Virus record (IMG/VR): IMGVR_UViG_3300038334_000146
Coordinates: 1-47,021 of that record
Length of the DNA stretch: 47,021 nucleotides
From: a virus
Lineage: Duplodnaviria; Caudoviricetes
Direction: 5' to 3' (one strand)
A program made the translations under genes and the position numbers. The first letter of the stretch is position 1, and each line of letters begins with the position of its first letter. Under the pieces are notes generated by a model. The model searched no databases and was not told the origin of the DNA. It saw only the letters and a program-made list of their open reading frames with translations. Shown in pieces: positions 1-9,261 of the stretch.

Positions 1-741
1 TTATAAATAAATTATTTTCAAAGCATTAACAGCTCCTCTTCTTTCCTGGAACTGTTTTAAACAAGCATAACTAACCCATTTTTTACCTCTGCTTGAGTCT
101 AGGATACAAACCATATTTTTAGCCATATCATATCCAATTATAGTGATATAATGGCCATAATAGTTTTTATAATCCATACATGCAATAGTTCCACCATGCA
201 GCCCAAGGGCTAAGCCTTTATCAATATAGTTTTTGATTTGTTTTAGGCTCTCCAGGTTAACAGCTAGGAAATTGATATTTTTTCCTTTTTCTTTTGCAGC
301 GGCAATAATCCCTGATTTGAAATTTTCAGGTGTGGACCCAGGACTACTAGCACTCATGGGTTTTGTTTTCATAAGTGTTCGCAGTCTTTCAATACTTACA
401 CTTATTCCTAGGTTAGCCAGTAACCTATTTGCAGTTACACAACCACAGGTCACCATATCGGGTTGTCCAAGGTAACTAAGATTTAAGACTTTTTGATCTA
501 CAGCTGTAGCACTAATTTTCAGTATCCCTAATTTTTTATTAGTGATGGGGCCTGCTCTACCATCAACTACTAGACCTTTGGCTTTTTGAAATGCTCTGAC
601 AGATTTATCAGTTTCATCAAGGAATTTTCCATCAATATCATATTTATAATATTTTTGATCCTTCATTGCTTTTTGTAAAATTTTAATATTCTCAGTTTCT
701 TTACTACCTTTAAATAAGACTGTTTTTTCAGTAATTGCCAT
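1..741 (-). CDS. Endolysin: peptidoglycan-binding domain plus C39-like cysteine peptidase (putative pseudomurein endoisopeptidase)
   Basis: N-terminal PG_binding_1 signature (DGKF..ETDKSVRAFQKAKGLVVDGRAGPIT). C-terminal papain-like motifs Q-x4-TCG, GHYITIIGYD and ILDS. Start moved from 765 to ATG 741, which follows AAAGGAG. Confidence 0.8.
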   Translation of the reverse strand: MAITEKTVLFKGSKETENIKILQKAMKDQKYYKYDIDGKFLDETDKSVRAFQKAKGLVVDGRAGPITNKKLGILKISATAVDQKVLNLSYLGQPDMVTCGCVTANRLLANLGISVSIERLRTLMKTKPMSASSPGSTPENFKSGIIAAAKEKGKNINFLAVNLESLKQIKNYIDKGLALGLHGGTIACMDYKNYYGHYITIIGYDMAKNMVCILDSSRGKKWVSYACLKQFQERRGAVNALKIIYL

Positions 742-754
742 AATGTCATCTCCT

Positions 755-850
755 TTATATTCCATTCACGTTGTAAAATATCCATCTACAAATTGAAATT
801 AAAATAAATCCGCCACTAATATAATAAGTTAATTTTAGCCAGATTTTCAA
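755..850 (-). CDS. 31-aa single-TM protein, holin-like candidate (MKIWLKLTYYISGGFILISICRWIFYNVNGI)
   Basis: Read by hand. TTG start after GGGGTGA RBS, hydrophobic, immediately upstream of the endolysin. Confidence 0.4.
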   Translation of the reverse strand: MKIWLKLTYYISGGFILISICRWIFYNVNGI

Positions 851-878
851 ATATTAATCACCCCCAAATAGTCAAATG

Positions 879-1011
879 AGTATGTGCAATTTTTGCACTA
901 ACTGAGTTATTGGATAAATTCGAACTACTCCAGAAAATTGAGTTGTTTCCATTTCAGAACATACTGAAAAATTAGTTATGAACTTGAACTATACTGAAAT
1001 TCCGTACAGTT
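879..1011. repeat. Cluster of four 25-bp imperfect palindromes (879-903, 905-929, 941-965, 987-1011)
   Basis: AGTATGTGCAATTTTTGCACTAACT, AGTTATTGGATAAATTCGAACTACT, AGTTGTTTCCATTTCAGAACATACT, AACTATACTGAAATTCCGTACAGTT. All are 25 bp with AGT..ACT or AAC..GTT ends. Confidence 0.65.
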
Positions 1012-1207
1012 GAAATAAGATTAATTGGAGCAGTTATCAGAGCAGATTTTAATTAAAAGAAATTGTTTTACTAAAATGGGTATTTTTAGTTTTTAGTCAT
1101 CCATCAAAAGTTAGTTTAGCCTCCGATAAAAGCTCCATTGGATGCTCGTGAAAAAGTATAAAAATTTAATAAGAATAACTCTTAGTATAATAATTAGGTG
1201 AAAAATC

Positions 1208-2161
1208 ATGGACTCATGGAAATGCCCAAATAAAGAATGTGAATGGTCAGGTGAAGGGGAAAAAGGGAAATTCTGTCCAAAATGCGGGTCTCCTTTAAAA
1301 AACACAGAAAAAATTGAAAGTGAAATTAAAGTTAGAAATTTAATAAAAAAAGATAATTCCACTAAAAAAATGGAAAATGGACCTGCTAAAATAATTTTCA
1401 GAGAAGATCATATATTAATTAAAAGAAAAAATATGCTAAGGAAAGAATTTGATCCATTAACTATATATTATCATGATATTCATAATTTCAAGTTCATTAA
1501 GAAGACATTTACTAAACTTCCACAAATAAAATTTGAAACCTTAACAGATAATTATACGCTTGTATTCCGACACGATAAGGAAATAAAACAAAAAATAGAA
1601 GAATATTCTTTAGAATTAATTGATAATAATCAAATGACACCAGTTCAAGAAGAAAAAGTACCAAAACTATTAAAAGATTTACCTATAACTAATAATCCTC
1701 GCCTAGTTGCTGTTTTGCGTGAATCTACTCCTGGCAGATTAAAAACCACAAATAATAAAAATGATATGTGGGGAATTGCTGAATTAGGAGATGAAGAGCT
1801 TATTATTTATAAAAAATCTATGCTTCGTAAAAAGGATCGTGGAGTTAAACACCTCAGATATGATCAAATTAATAGTGTGGATTATGATACTCCTAAAACA
1901 TTAGCAGCAGGAGCTATTCAATTGTATTTAAGTAGTGTTGAATATTCCCTTATGTCTCGTGATCCATCCCTTGAACCTTTTTATCATATGATTCGGGAAA
2001 AAATGGCTCAGAAATCCGCCCCTGAAACATCACATGTTGTTGTTGAATCATCGCAACCTAGTTATATTAACGAATTAAAAGAATTGGCTGAATTGAAAGA
2101 TTCTGGGATTGTTACTGAGGAAGAATTTGAATTAAAGAAAAAAGAATTATTAGGATTATAA
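1208..2161 (+). CDS. Zn-ribbon, two bacterial-PH-like domains and C-terminal SHOCT (moron-like accessory gene)
   Basis: CPNKEC...CPKCG; two repeats resembling bPH (IYYHDI / LRYDQI); SHOCT motif ELKELAELKDSGIVTEEEFELKKKELLG; opposite strand to neighbours, AT-rich. Confidence 0.75.
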   Translation: MDSWKCPNKECEWSGEGEKGKFCPKCGSPLKNTEKIESEIKVRNLIKKDNSTKKMENGPAKIIFREDHILIKRKNMLRKEFDPLTIYYHDIHNFKFIKKTFTKLPQIKFETLTDNYTLVFRHDKEIKQKIEEYSLELIDNNQMTPVQEEKVPKLLKDLPITNNPRLVAVLRESTPGRLKTTNNKNDMWGIAELGDEELIIYKKSMLRKKDRGVKHLRYDQINSVDYDTPKTLAAGAIQLYLSSVEYSLMSRDPSLEPFYHMIREKMAQKSAPETSHVVVESSQPSYINELKELAELKDSGIVTEEEFELKKKELLGL

Positions 2162-2533
2162 TTCTTCCATTTCATTTTGAAAAGTATTGATTTGTTCTCG
2201 CCAGGAATCCCTGTCCACCATTATTTGATTATATTCTTGAGGAATAGGTTTTCCAGTTATCTGATATTCCATGGTCTTAGTGACAATATAATCAGTGTCA
2301 CTAAGTTTCTTTTTTAATTCTACTATTTGATTAAATTTAATATCATAAAATTGCTTATTTTCATCAATAACTAATTCCTCTCCCTGGAAAAGATAAGGGA
2401 TTGATTTATTAAATATATTATCAAAAACCTCATCTGATATTTCCACCCGGGCCTCGCCATTTATTGAATCATCAAATACTACAATGACTTGATTCTTTTC
2501 ATTTAGATTAATCCCAATCTCCATTCTAACCAC
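2156..2533 (-). CDS. Tail fibre assembly/chaperone-like protein
   Basis: L..TDY...K..E...R..WREQIN motif typical of genes following phage tail fibre genes; position. Confidence 0.55.
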   Translation of the reverse strand: MVRMEIGINLNEKNQVIVVFDDSINGEARVEISDEVFDNIFNKSIPYLFQGEELVIDENKQFYDIKFNQIVELKKKLSDTDYIVTKTMEYQITGKPIPQEYNQIMVDRDSWREQINTFQNEMEEL

Positions 2534-3269
2534 CTATTGCGAACCATCTGGCCCCGGTGGCCGTAGTATTGGTTCTTGTTATGTATATTTGAAATTGACT
2601 AGTTGTTCTATTAGCACAGGCGATTCCAGTTACCAGAGTTCCAGGTGCTGTTGTTTCCATGGTGACCATTACAATGGGAGCATAACTAAAAGCAATTGGA
2701 AAGCCTATGGTGACTGCTGTCGGAGTATTTGCTACCGGAGTAATTAAAACATTACCCCAGGCCATTTTTAGGCCATTGCCTAAGGAGATATATCCTGAAG
2801 CATCTGTCCAGGCATAAGTAACAGGGACAGTATCGGTTTGTTTCCATGCTGACCAACCTACTGGAGCCCAGTTCTGATAAAACCGTACATAAGAACGTCC
2901 CAGATAAGTTGTATATTTCTGGATAGGAAATTGGTCGACAATTGGAATTACTTCTAATATCCCAGCACCAGCAAGAGTATCTGGATAATGGAGGGCTGCA
3001 GTACAATTGACATTTGCATTTTGTGAATATATCCCTTTAATATTTAATGTGTTTAAATCGGTTCCAGTTGTTCCTAAATTAGTTACGTTGTCATATTTTG
3101 CATAAATGCTGCTTAATTCAACACCATCTAATTTGTCTGCGTCCAGGCCCGAGCCTGCCCCATCGACTGCGAGTAGTGCTGTGAGTAAATTTGCCGGGAG
3201 GAGGTTTTTAAGTACCCCATCGACATCGATTCTTAATGCATTAATATCTCCATTCATCATTATCACCAA
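2526..3269 (-). CDS. Tail fibre protein (gp53-like C-terminal domain)
   Basis: VDGAGSGLDADKLDG fibre motif, DLNTL..GIY knob-like segment, GYISLGNGLKMAWG...FPIAF...WFAIG tip. Confidence 0.8.
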   Translation of the reverse strand: MVIMMNGDINALRIDVDGVLKNLLPANLLTALLAVDGAGSGLDADKLDGVELSSIYAKYDNVTNLGTTGTDLNTLNIKGIYSQNANVNCTAALHYPDTLAGAGILEVIPIVDQFPIQKYTTYLGRSYVRFYQNWAPVGWSAWKQTDTVPVTYAWTDASGYISLGNGLKMAWGNVLITPVANTPTAVTIGFPIAFSYAPIVMVTMETTAPGTLVTGIACANRTTSQFQIYITRTNTTATGARWFAIGG

Positions 3270-5603
3270 TTAGAATAAATCCACATGTTCCTCTTCGGTG
3301 GCCCCACCTGCAAATGCTGTTCTTTTGGTTTGGATTGTTTTCCTTAGGCTGACCATGTTCAGGTCTGCTTTAAGGTCTGGGTTCATCTCTCCAAAGCCCA
3401 CGGTACTTTGAACCATGGGTCTTTGTGCAGGGTCGTACTCATATTCCAGGGATTCTATAGGTTGGCAATCATTATAAACTTCATTATTAAGTGTACTGAT
3501 GGCTAACTGGCCCACATGAACATTAGGGTAGCCTCCGATTGGCAAGGTGTAGGTGTGGCTCGGGTCAATGTTTTTATCCACATCGGTCTTGGCCAGGTAA
3601 GTTGCATAGAATGCTCCCACCTTATCGTTGAGAACTTCCAGGTCTTGGTGTTCTGCGAACCGGAATATTGACTCTACTTCTTTACTAGTCACGTAATTAT
3701 TCGTAGTATCGCTTGTCTTGTATACCTTAATAACGGAATTAATCAGTTCAGAAACCGGACTATATTGTAGATTGTTTATCCCTAGCACATTTCCACCAGG
3801 TCCTTCGACAAACTCGATTAAAGTAACCTCGCTCTCGTCTTTAACGAGCATTAATTTATCATTGCTCCTGTCCTTGGCATAAACCATGTACATATTGAAA
3901 CCAATCTTCTCCTGAGTACTGTAAATAAAATCAGCAACCTTCTGACCACTGCTTTGCAGAACCTCAGCATTGATCACAACTCCTTCTCGGAACCCAGCAC
4001 CATAGAAATTCATCTTATACGATGATTTCTCAGTTTTAGGGTCATAAAGGTCAGCAGTAGGTGCAGGATAAACTAAACTGATTCTTCTCAAATAAAAATC
4101 ACCCGTAGGATACGATGACCTTAATAATGAGATAATATCTAGTTCACCTTGCTTAGCAGTATTGTTTTGAATAATGGGAGTTATTGCTCCTATTTTATTA
4201 ATACTGGTGTCGGTGGTTGTGAAATCAATAGTTAATGTTTTTCTAGCAGCAGTTTTCAAAGGCCCCAGACTATATTGAACCTCAATATATGCTTGGAAAG
4301 GCTTATTAGTATCATAACCCACCGTCCCATTCTTAGTCACATATTTCCCGGTGTTTTTCTTTACTTTATGTGTTTTAGTATATTGCTTAGGCACCCAGAC
4401 CTTTACTTTCTTAGTAGATGAGGCCGGCCCCATACCATATTTGATAAAGAATACAGGGGTATTGGTTATCTTATAGCCTCGGGCCTCACCTGCTTTATTC
4501 CAGGAACTATCCCACAACACACTCCTCTGAGCCTTTTTCTTTTTATGATAATTTCTAAGAGTAACAGAAGATTTATTAATGGTTTTAATCATGTTCTTGG
4601 TGGATAATTTCTTCTTAGCCACCGTACTCGTGTATTTAACATTATAACCTGTTTTATCTGGAATGGCCTGGACAATCTTATCAAGGTTCCCTAACTGAAC
4701 CGGTGTTTCTACGGATTGGCAAAGGTATCTAAGGGCATCATAGAAATCTTTAGCATTATATGTCAAGGTGGTGACATCAGAGGTGGCCCCTCCGATGGTT
4801 ATTTGTTTCAGGATTCTTCGCAACTCAGCATCCTTTAATCGGCCAGCACAAGCAATACTAATGTTTGTTTCATCATCATTAAGCAAAGGAGAACTAATAT
4901 ATCCACCAAATACTTGCTGTAGTTCACCATCAGTGTTAACTATATAGAAATTAACTGGGTCACGATAAGCAAAGAGCAGACCGGTTTTGTTTTTAAGTTC
5001 TTTAAAACCTCCCTCAGCATAGGCCCCAGGCTCGTTTTTAATAGTGACTTCCAGGGTGTCTGGTTGCTTGGGATTGCCCACAGTTCCTTTTGCACTTTTA
5101 ATAGTTAATATTCCGTTGTTTTCAGTATCTCCAAAGGTCTCCCTAATCTTTCTCATATAAACAGAGATTACACCAGCATGGCCCCCACAATAAACAGAGA
5201 TGGGTAGATTCCCACCGGGCAGGTTCCGAACAATACCAAAGTCCACCCTCCTCATGAAGATGTCCTTGGCCTGGAGGGATTGAGTAGTTCCAATAGTTTT
5301 ATTATTGATTTTAAGGGAAACTGTCTCAGCAGAAGTTGTGGTAAAACAAAAGATCTCAACACGATAATCTCCAGGTTCCAGGATATTATAATTTGTATTT
5401 AATGTGAATTTATTATTCTGATTAGTTCCCCTAAAATAAACAAAACCGTCCTTTGATGTTTTGGTGATGTTGGATCCTGTGAAACCGGTATTATATTTAA
5501 AATAAATATGTGAAGGGTCGTAAGACTCAATCTCGAGTTTCACGTAGTCCTCAGGCATATCTATTTCTTGGCCTTCATAGTTCCTTTTTATATAATCCGC
5601 CAT
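3270..5603 (-). CDS. Tail tip/baseplate hub-like protein with N-terminal carbohydrate-binding-like domain
   Basis: 777 aa; VFGGYISS..ISIACAGRL and C-terminal IESLEYEY..STVGFG are hub-like; position after distal tail gene. Confidence 0.55.
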   Translation of the reverse strand: MADYIKRNYEGQEIDMPEDYVKLEIESYDPSHIYFKYNTGFTGSNITKTSKDGFVYFRGTNQNNKFTLNTNYNILEPGDYRVEIFCFTTTSAETVSLKINNKTIGTTQSLQAKDIFMRRVDFGIVRNLPGGNLPISVYCGGHAGVISVYMRKIRETFGDTENNGILTIKSAKGTVGNPKQPDTLEVTIKNEPGAYAEGGFKELKNKTGLLFAYRDPVNFYIVNTDGELQQVFGGYISSPLLNDDETNISIACAGRLKDAELRRILKQITIGGATSDVTTLTYNAKDFYDALRYLCQSVETPVQLGNLDKIVQAIPDKTGYNVKYTSTVAKKKLSTKNMIKTINKSSVTLRNYHKKKKAQRSVLWDSSWNKAGEARGYKITNTPVFFIKYGMGPASSTKKVKVWVPKQYTKTHKVKKNTGKYVTKNGTVGYDTNKPFQAYIEVQYSLGPLKTAARKTLTIDFTTTDTSINKIGAITPIIQNNTAKQGELDIISLLRSSYPTGDFYLRRISLVYPAPTADLYDPKTEKSSYKMNFYGAGFREGVVINAEVLQSSGQKVADFIYSTQEKIGFNMYMVYAKDRSNDKLMLVKDESEVTLIEFVEGPGGNVLGINNLQYSPVSELINSVIKVYKTSDTTNNYVTSKEVESIFRFAEHQDLEVLNDKVGAFYATYLAKTDVDKNIDPSHTYTLPIGGYPNVHVGQLAISTLNNEVYNDCQPIESLEYEYDPAQRPMVQSTVGFGEMNPDLKADLNMVSLRKTIQTKRTAFAGGATEEEHVDLF

Positions 5604-5621
5604 TCTATTTCACCCAGTGGT

Positions 5622-8600
5622 TTATTTTCCAGTGATTTTAATTCGCTGTTCGTACATATTCAACCATTCCATGGCCAATTGGGCCGGTAGGTCATAACTC
5701 TTAGCATCTCGTTTATATGGAATAATCACAGTTTTGGAGTTTCGAGGAATTTTAGTATTATAAATCGGACTATAATCGGGTCTTATAATCTGCATCCCAT
5801 AGTTCTCATCCGAATTGTACATTAAAACATAGTAGAGATTATTCAAAGGAATCTGGATTTCAGTAGTTAATAGTTGCTCATCACCAGTACCGTCCCCATC
5901 GTCTCCCCAGGCAGTATTCTTATTGCCTAAGATGTAGATGTCTTGCTCGGGGTGTACAATATCAACAGAACGTCTTCCTCTCCAGATTGTCCAGGTAGTG
6001 CCTCCACAACTTACAATGGCCTTATCCTGACTAATATATAAGATATGGATATTTTCCATGTTCAATAAACGATATTTCTCATCCCAGACCCAGCCTTCCT
6101 CACTTTCAGGGTCATAATAATATACATTAATTGTTTTCAATTTGAAAGAAAACACAACCATGGTCAGGCCATTTGTCAGGATTAAAGGATCTGTTTTATA
6201 GGAATTATTTAAAAGTGAAGCACCACTGGCCGAGGTTATATTGGTACCTCCCTTGTAGATTACAAATGGGCTAGTGTAGTATTTGGAGACGGTTTCATCA
6301 TGCCTATAATAGTATAATTGGCCATCTTCTGCTTCCCGAGTATATTGTAAGATTTTATCTTTCAAAGGGAATGAAGAGACTATTTGGTTAATATACTGAG
6401 CCTTTTCATTGTTCAGGAGATGTGTTTCATCAATATTGAAATCCACGGTTGTTGTGGAACTGGTGCTTGTGGTGTGCCTTATAATGATTTCTAGTTGATA
6501 ATTCCCAGATTTCATGGATAAAGATTCTGCGAATAACTCCACACCACTGGATCCCTCTTCTAATATTGAGGCCATATCCTCGTCGATGTGTAATGTAGTT
6601 ATTGATGAAAACGCAGCACCGTTGCTTAAATCAATCTCATAATCATCTGTATCGGCCCCTCCGTCACCATCATAAACGGTTACATTAGCAAATGTACCAT
6701 CAGTAGTGGTGTAGATTAAATATTCCAGTACTGGTTTATCCTCTTCATCAAGGATTCGCATGAGTCTTTCAGTTCCAACGAGAACATTACTCGACCAAGT
6801 ATACTCGATAGTGGCCGGGGTAGAAATAAGGTTTTTACTAACTAGTTTAAAACTTTTCAAAGCAGTTAAACTAATTGTTTTACTAGTCAAAGTTCCATCT
6901 GTAGTTATATCGAAATAAGTATCCAATGCCAGGGCATCATTCATTAATTCAACAGAATACAAAGGCTTTAGATTATATTTATTTATTTGGCTTTTCCTTT
7001 CAATATAAATCGGAGGATTAAGGTTCCGGGTTAAATATTTGAGTTTAAGGTCACATTCATATAATAAGCTATTAACTTTATTAATCACACAATTATGGAC
7101 AACAGCATAGCCTCGATGGTTCAATGGGTCAAGTTCTGCACAGGTTATATTTGTATTGATTGGGACGGCCTCATCCAATTTAACCAGGCCCTGGAAGGTC
7201 ACAGCATCTTCAGGAGGCACCCTTATATTTAAAGGGATATCTTCGGAATAATCTCCCTTCTTACCAACATTCTCCCGGCCCTTATATGACTCATCAATCA
7301 GAGTATTGTTCGTAGTATTTTTAAGACCCTCAGCAGAATGAGATCGGTCAATTTTAACAGGACCAATATATGCTCCGATAATCTCAGCAGTAGCATCACA
7401 AGAAGAGATTGTACTGGATTTAATTCCAGCAGCAACTCCCACCATGACACTAGGATTCACCACAGCATTATATGATGTTACCTTGGCCTTTTGGCTTTTA
7501 ATCCCTGTAGCCTGGATATTTTGAGTTAATACCACATCGATGGTCTTGGTGGCTGTCGTCCCTGTTCTAGATTCCACAGCATTTATGAGTTTAGAACCCA
7601 TTCCCCAAGCACTTAATGTTAATTTTAATTCAAAACTAAAATTATATGAACTGGTGCTGGCCAGATTGAAACTAATAACTCCACCAGAATAAACCACCGC
7701 TCCAGCATTTACTGTAGAAACCACCGTGGTTTCTTCCAATAACAGGCCATCAGGTAAACTCAGATTTATATGCTGAGCATCAGTAGTATAAACCGTTCCC
7801 TGAACATTTATTGATAAATCTATCTCTTCACTTATCTCAACCGAATTATTAGAATTCAAGGCCAGACTAAAGGTCGGAGTAGGATTAACAATTGTGGTCT
7901 GGGCAGATGTATAAGCCGTGAAACCGTCCACACTAGCATTAACTGTTTTGGTACCTACCGAATCGGCTCGGAATGTAAGGGTTAATGTTGCGTAGCCTCC
8001 GGCCAATTTGGCATTCCATTTTCCGGTGATAGTATTAAACCATGAACCACTGCTACCGGATTGGCCGATAAGTGTACAACCAGAAGGTAAAGCCAGGCTC
8101 ACAGGAATATCGAAACCTTGATGCACACCATTTGAGTTTCTTAGAGTTAATTGATAAGTAAAAGTTTCACCAAGCAATATGCTGGTGGCCATTCCGGAGG
8201 TTAAAGCATAAGTAGGGTCAGTATAATAAACTGCCAAATTCATGCAGTCAACTGATGGAATCGTCCAGGTGCTACTGGTTCCTTCACACCTCATTAATAA
8301 TCCAAAACCAGCATCATTAACCATAGCAGGGGTAAGACTAACTCCCCACTTATCCGTCGCTCCACCATAGGTGGCTGTTCCAGTGCTCTTTTCTGGCCAA
8401 TTAGTGGAGGTCTTGGCATAGTTACTACCCATCACTCCACGGGATGCAGATGAACCGGCCCTTAATCGGACATAAGAATCTCTTATATCTCCAGCGTAGA
8501 TTGCTTTCTGCCGGTTAATCTTGGCAAGAACACCATCAATCCTAGCATTGCTTTTGATTGTCGGGATTGGGAAGTTATAAACCACAATATCGGGTGCTGG

Positions 8601-8756
8601 TTTACTGCTTGTGGTACCTCCTGAAGAATCCATTGTGGCCCGGGAACCATCGCAAGCCCTAACGTTAGCAATATCTTCGTAGGGATAAACTGTCCCACTG
8701 ATGTGGTCAGTAAATTGCTTGGCTGATGCAGGAACCAAATATCCTGTACTACTCAT
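5622..8756 (-). CDS. Large tail/adhesin-like protein with DUF11-like Ig domains
   Basis: 1044 aa, S/T-rich; GETFTYQLTLRN...LPSG...TGKW..LAGGYATLTLTF is DUF11-like; downstream of tape measure. Confidence 0.6.
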   Translation of the reverse strand: MSSTGYLVPASAKQFTDHISGTVYPYEDIANVRACDGSRATMDSSGGTTSSKPAPDIVVYNFPIPTIKSNARIDGVLAKINRQKAIYAGDIRDSYVRLRAGSSASRGVMGSNYAKTSTNWPEKSTGTATYGGATDKWGVSLTPAMVNDAGFGLLMRCEGTSSTWTIPSVDCMNLAVYYTDPTYALTSGMATSILLGETFTYQLTLRNSNGVHQGFDIPVSLALPSGCTLIGQSGSSGSWFNTITGKWNAKLAGGYATLTLTFRADSVGTKTVNASVDGFTAYTSAQTTIVNPTPTFSLALNSNNSVEISEEIDLSINVQGTVYTTDAQHINLSLPDGLLLEETTVVSTVNAGAVVYSGGVISFNLASTSSYNFSFELKLTLSAWGMGSKLINAVESRTGTTATKTIDVVLTQNIQATGIKSQKAKVTSYNAVVNPSVMVGVAAGIKSSTISSCDATAEIIGAYIGPVKIDRSHSAEGLKNTTNNTLIDESYKGRENVGKKGDYSEDIPLNIRVPPEDAVTFQGLVKLDEAVPINTNITCAELDPLNHRGYAVVHNCVINKVNSLLYECDLKLKYLTRNLNPPIYIERKSQINKYNLKPLYSVELMNDALALDTYFDITTDGTLTSKTISLTALKSFKLVSKNLISTPATIEYTWSSNVLVGTERLMRILDEEDKPVLEYLIYTTTDGTFANVTVYDGDGGADTDDYEIDLSNGAAFSSITTLHIDEDMASILEEGSSGVELFAESLSMKSGNYQLEIIIRHTTSTSSTTTVDFNIDETHLLNNEKAQYINQIVSSFPLKDKILQYTREAEDGQLYYYRHDETVSKYYTSPFVIYKGGTNITSASGASLLNNSYKTDPLILTNGLTMVVFSFKLKTINVYYYDPESEEGWVWDEKYRLLNMENIHILYISQDKAIVSCGGTTWTIWRGRRSVDIVHPEQDIYILGNKNTAWGDDGDGTGDEQLLTTEIQIPLNNLYYVLMYNSDENYGMQIIRPDYSPIYNTKIPRNSKTVIIPYKRDAKSYDLPAQLAMEWLNMYEQRIKITGK

Positions 8757-8787
8757 GATTTGATACTCCGTTTTCTATTAAAAATAT

Positions 8788-9255
8788 TTATACGCTGGCT
8801 GTGCAGATTTGCTCGCCTTTTTCCCAAAGAGCAGCCCTAAACTGGATTGCTATCTCAGTAGTTAAATGTAATTCCGAAGAACCTCCCGTCGGTACAACGC
8901 TTAAACAACCTGCAAGAATATCTCCGGTGTCCTGTTTGATTATTAATGCTCCAGCGATGGTGGCATCAGAGATGGGTACGGAGACAATGCCTCCGACCAC
9001 GTTCACCTGATATCCATTAACCGATTCTGTGAGTTGTAATGGGACATTAGCCCTCTCATAATTGGCCGGGTTTACTTCATAAGCCTGCATCGATGAATCG
9101 AATTTGTCTAGGGAATTAATGGAAAGACCAGCGATATTTGACAACAATACTAATTGATAATTAGTGGTGGCAAAGGCCTCCAAATCAAATACTTTTCCTT
9201 GCTTTAGTTCATTATGTTTTGGTACTTCAAATCTGAATTCAAGTGTCATAATCAA
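8788..9255 (-). CDS. Virion tail protein, function unknown
   Basis: 155-aa ORF directly after the tape measure gene with AAGGAG RBS. Confidence 0.55.
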   Translation of the reverse strand: MIMTLEFRFEVPKHNELKQGKVFDLEAFATTNYQLVLLSNIAGLSINSLDKFDSSMQAYEVNPANYERANVPLQLTESVNGYQVNVVGGIVSVPISDATIAGALIIKQDTGDILAGCLSVVPTGGSSELHLTTEIAIQFRAALWEKGEQICTASV

Positions 9256-9261
9256 TTCTCC

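Noticed and set aside
879-1011. Possible TIGR or other guide-RNA array
   Set aside because: No regular 36-nt period or box C/D-like motifs, and no Nop-domain protein recognised in the window.
1009-1053. GTTGAAATAAGA and CAGATTTTAAT resemble ends of methanogen CRISPR repeats (mini-array?)
   Set aside because: No two identical ~30-bp repeats separated by a spacer; only short partial resemblance.
2526-8756. Diversity-generating retroelement acting on tail fibre/adhesin genes
   Set aside because: No reverse transcriptase ORF and no template/variable repeat pair noticed.
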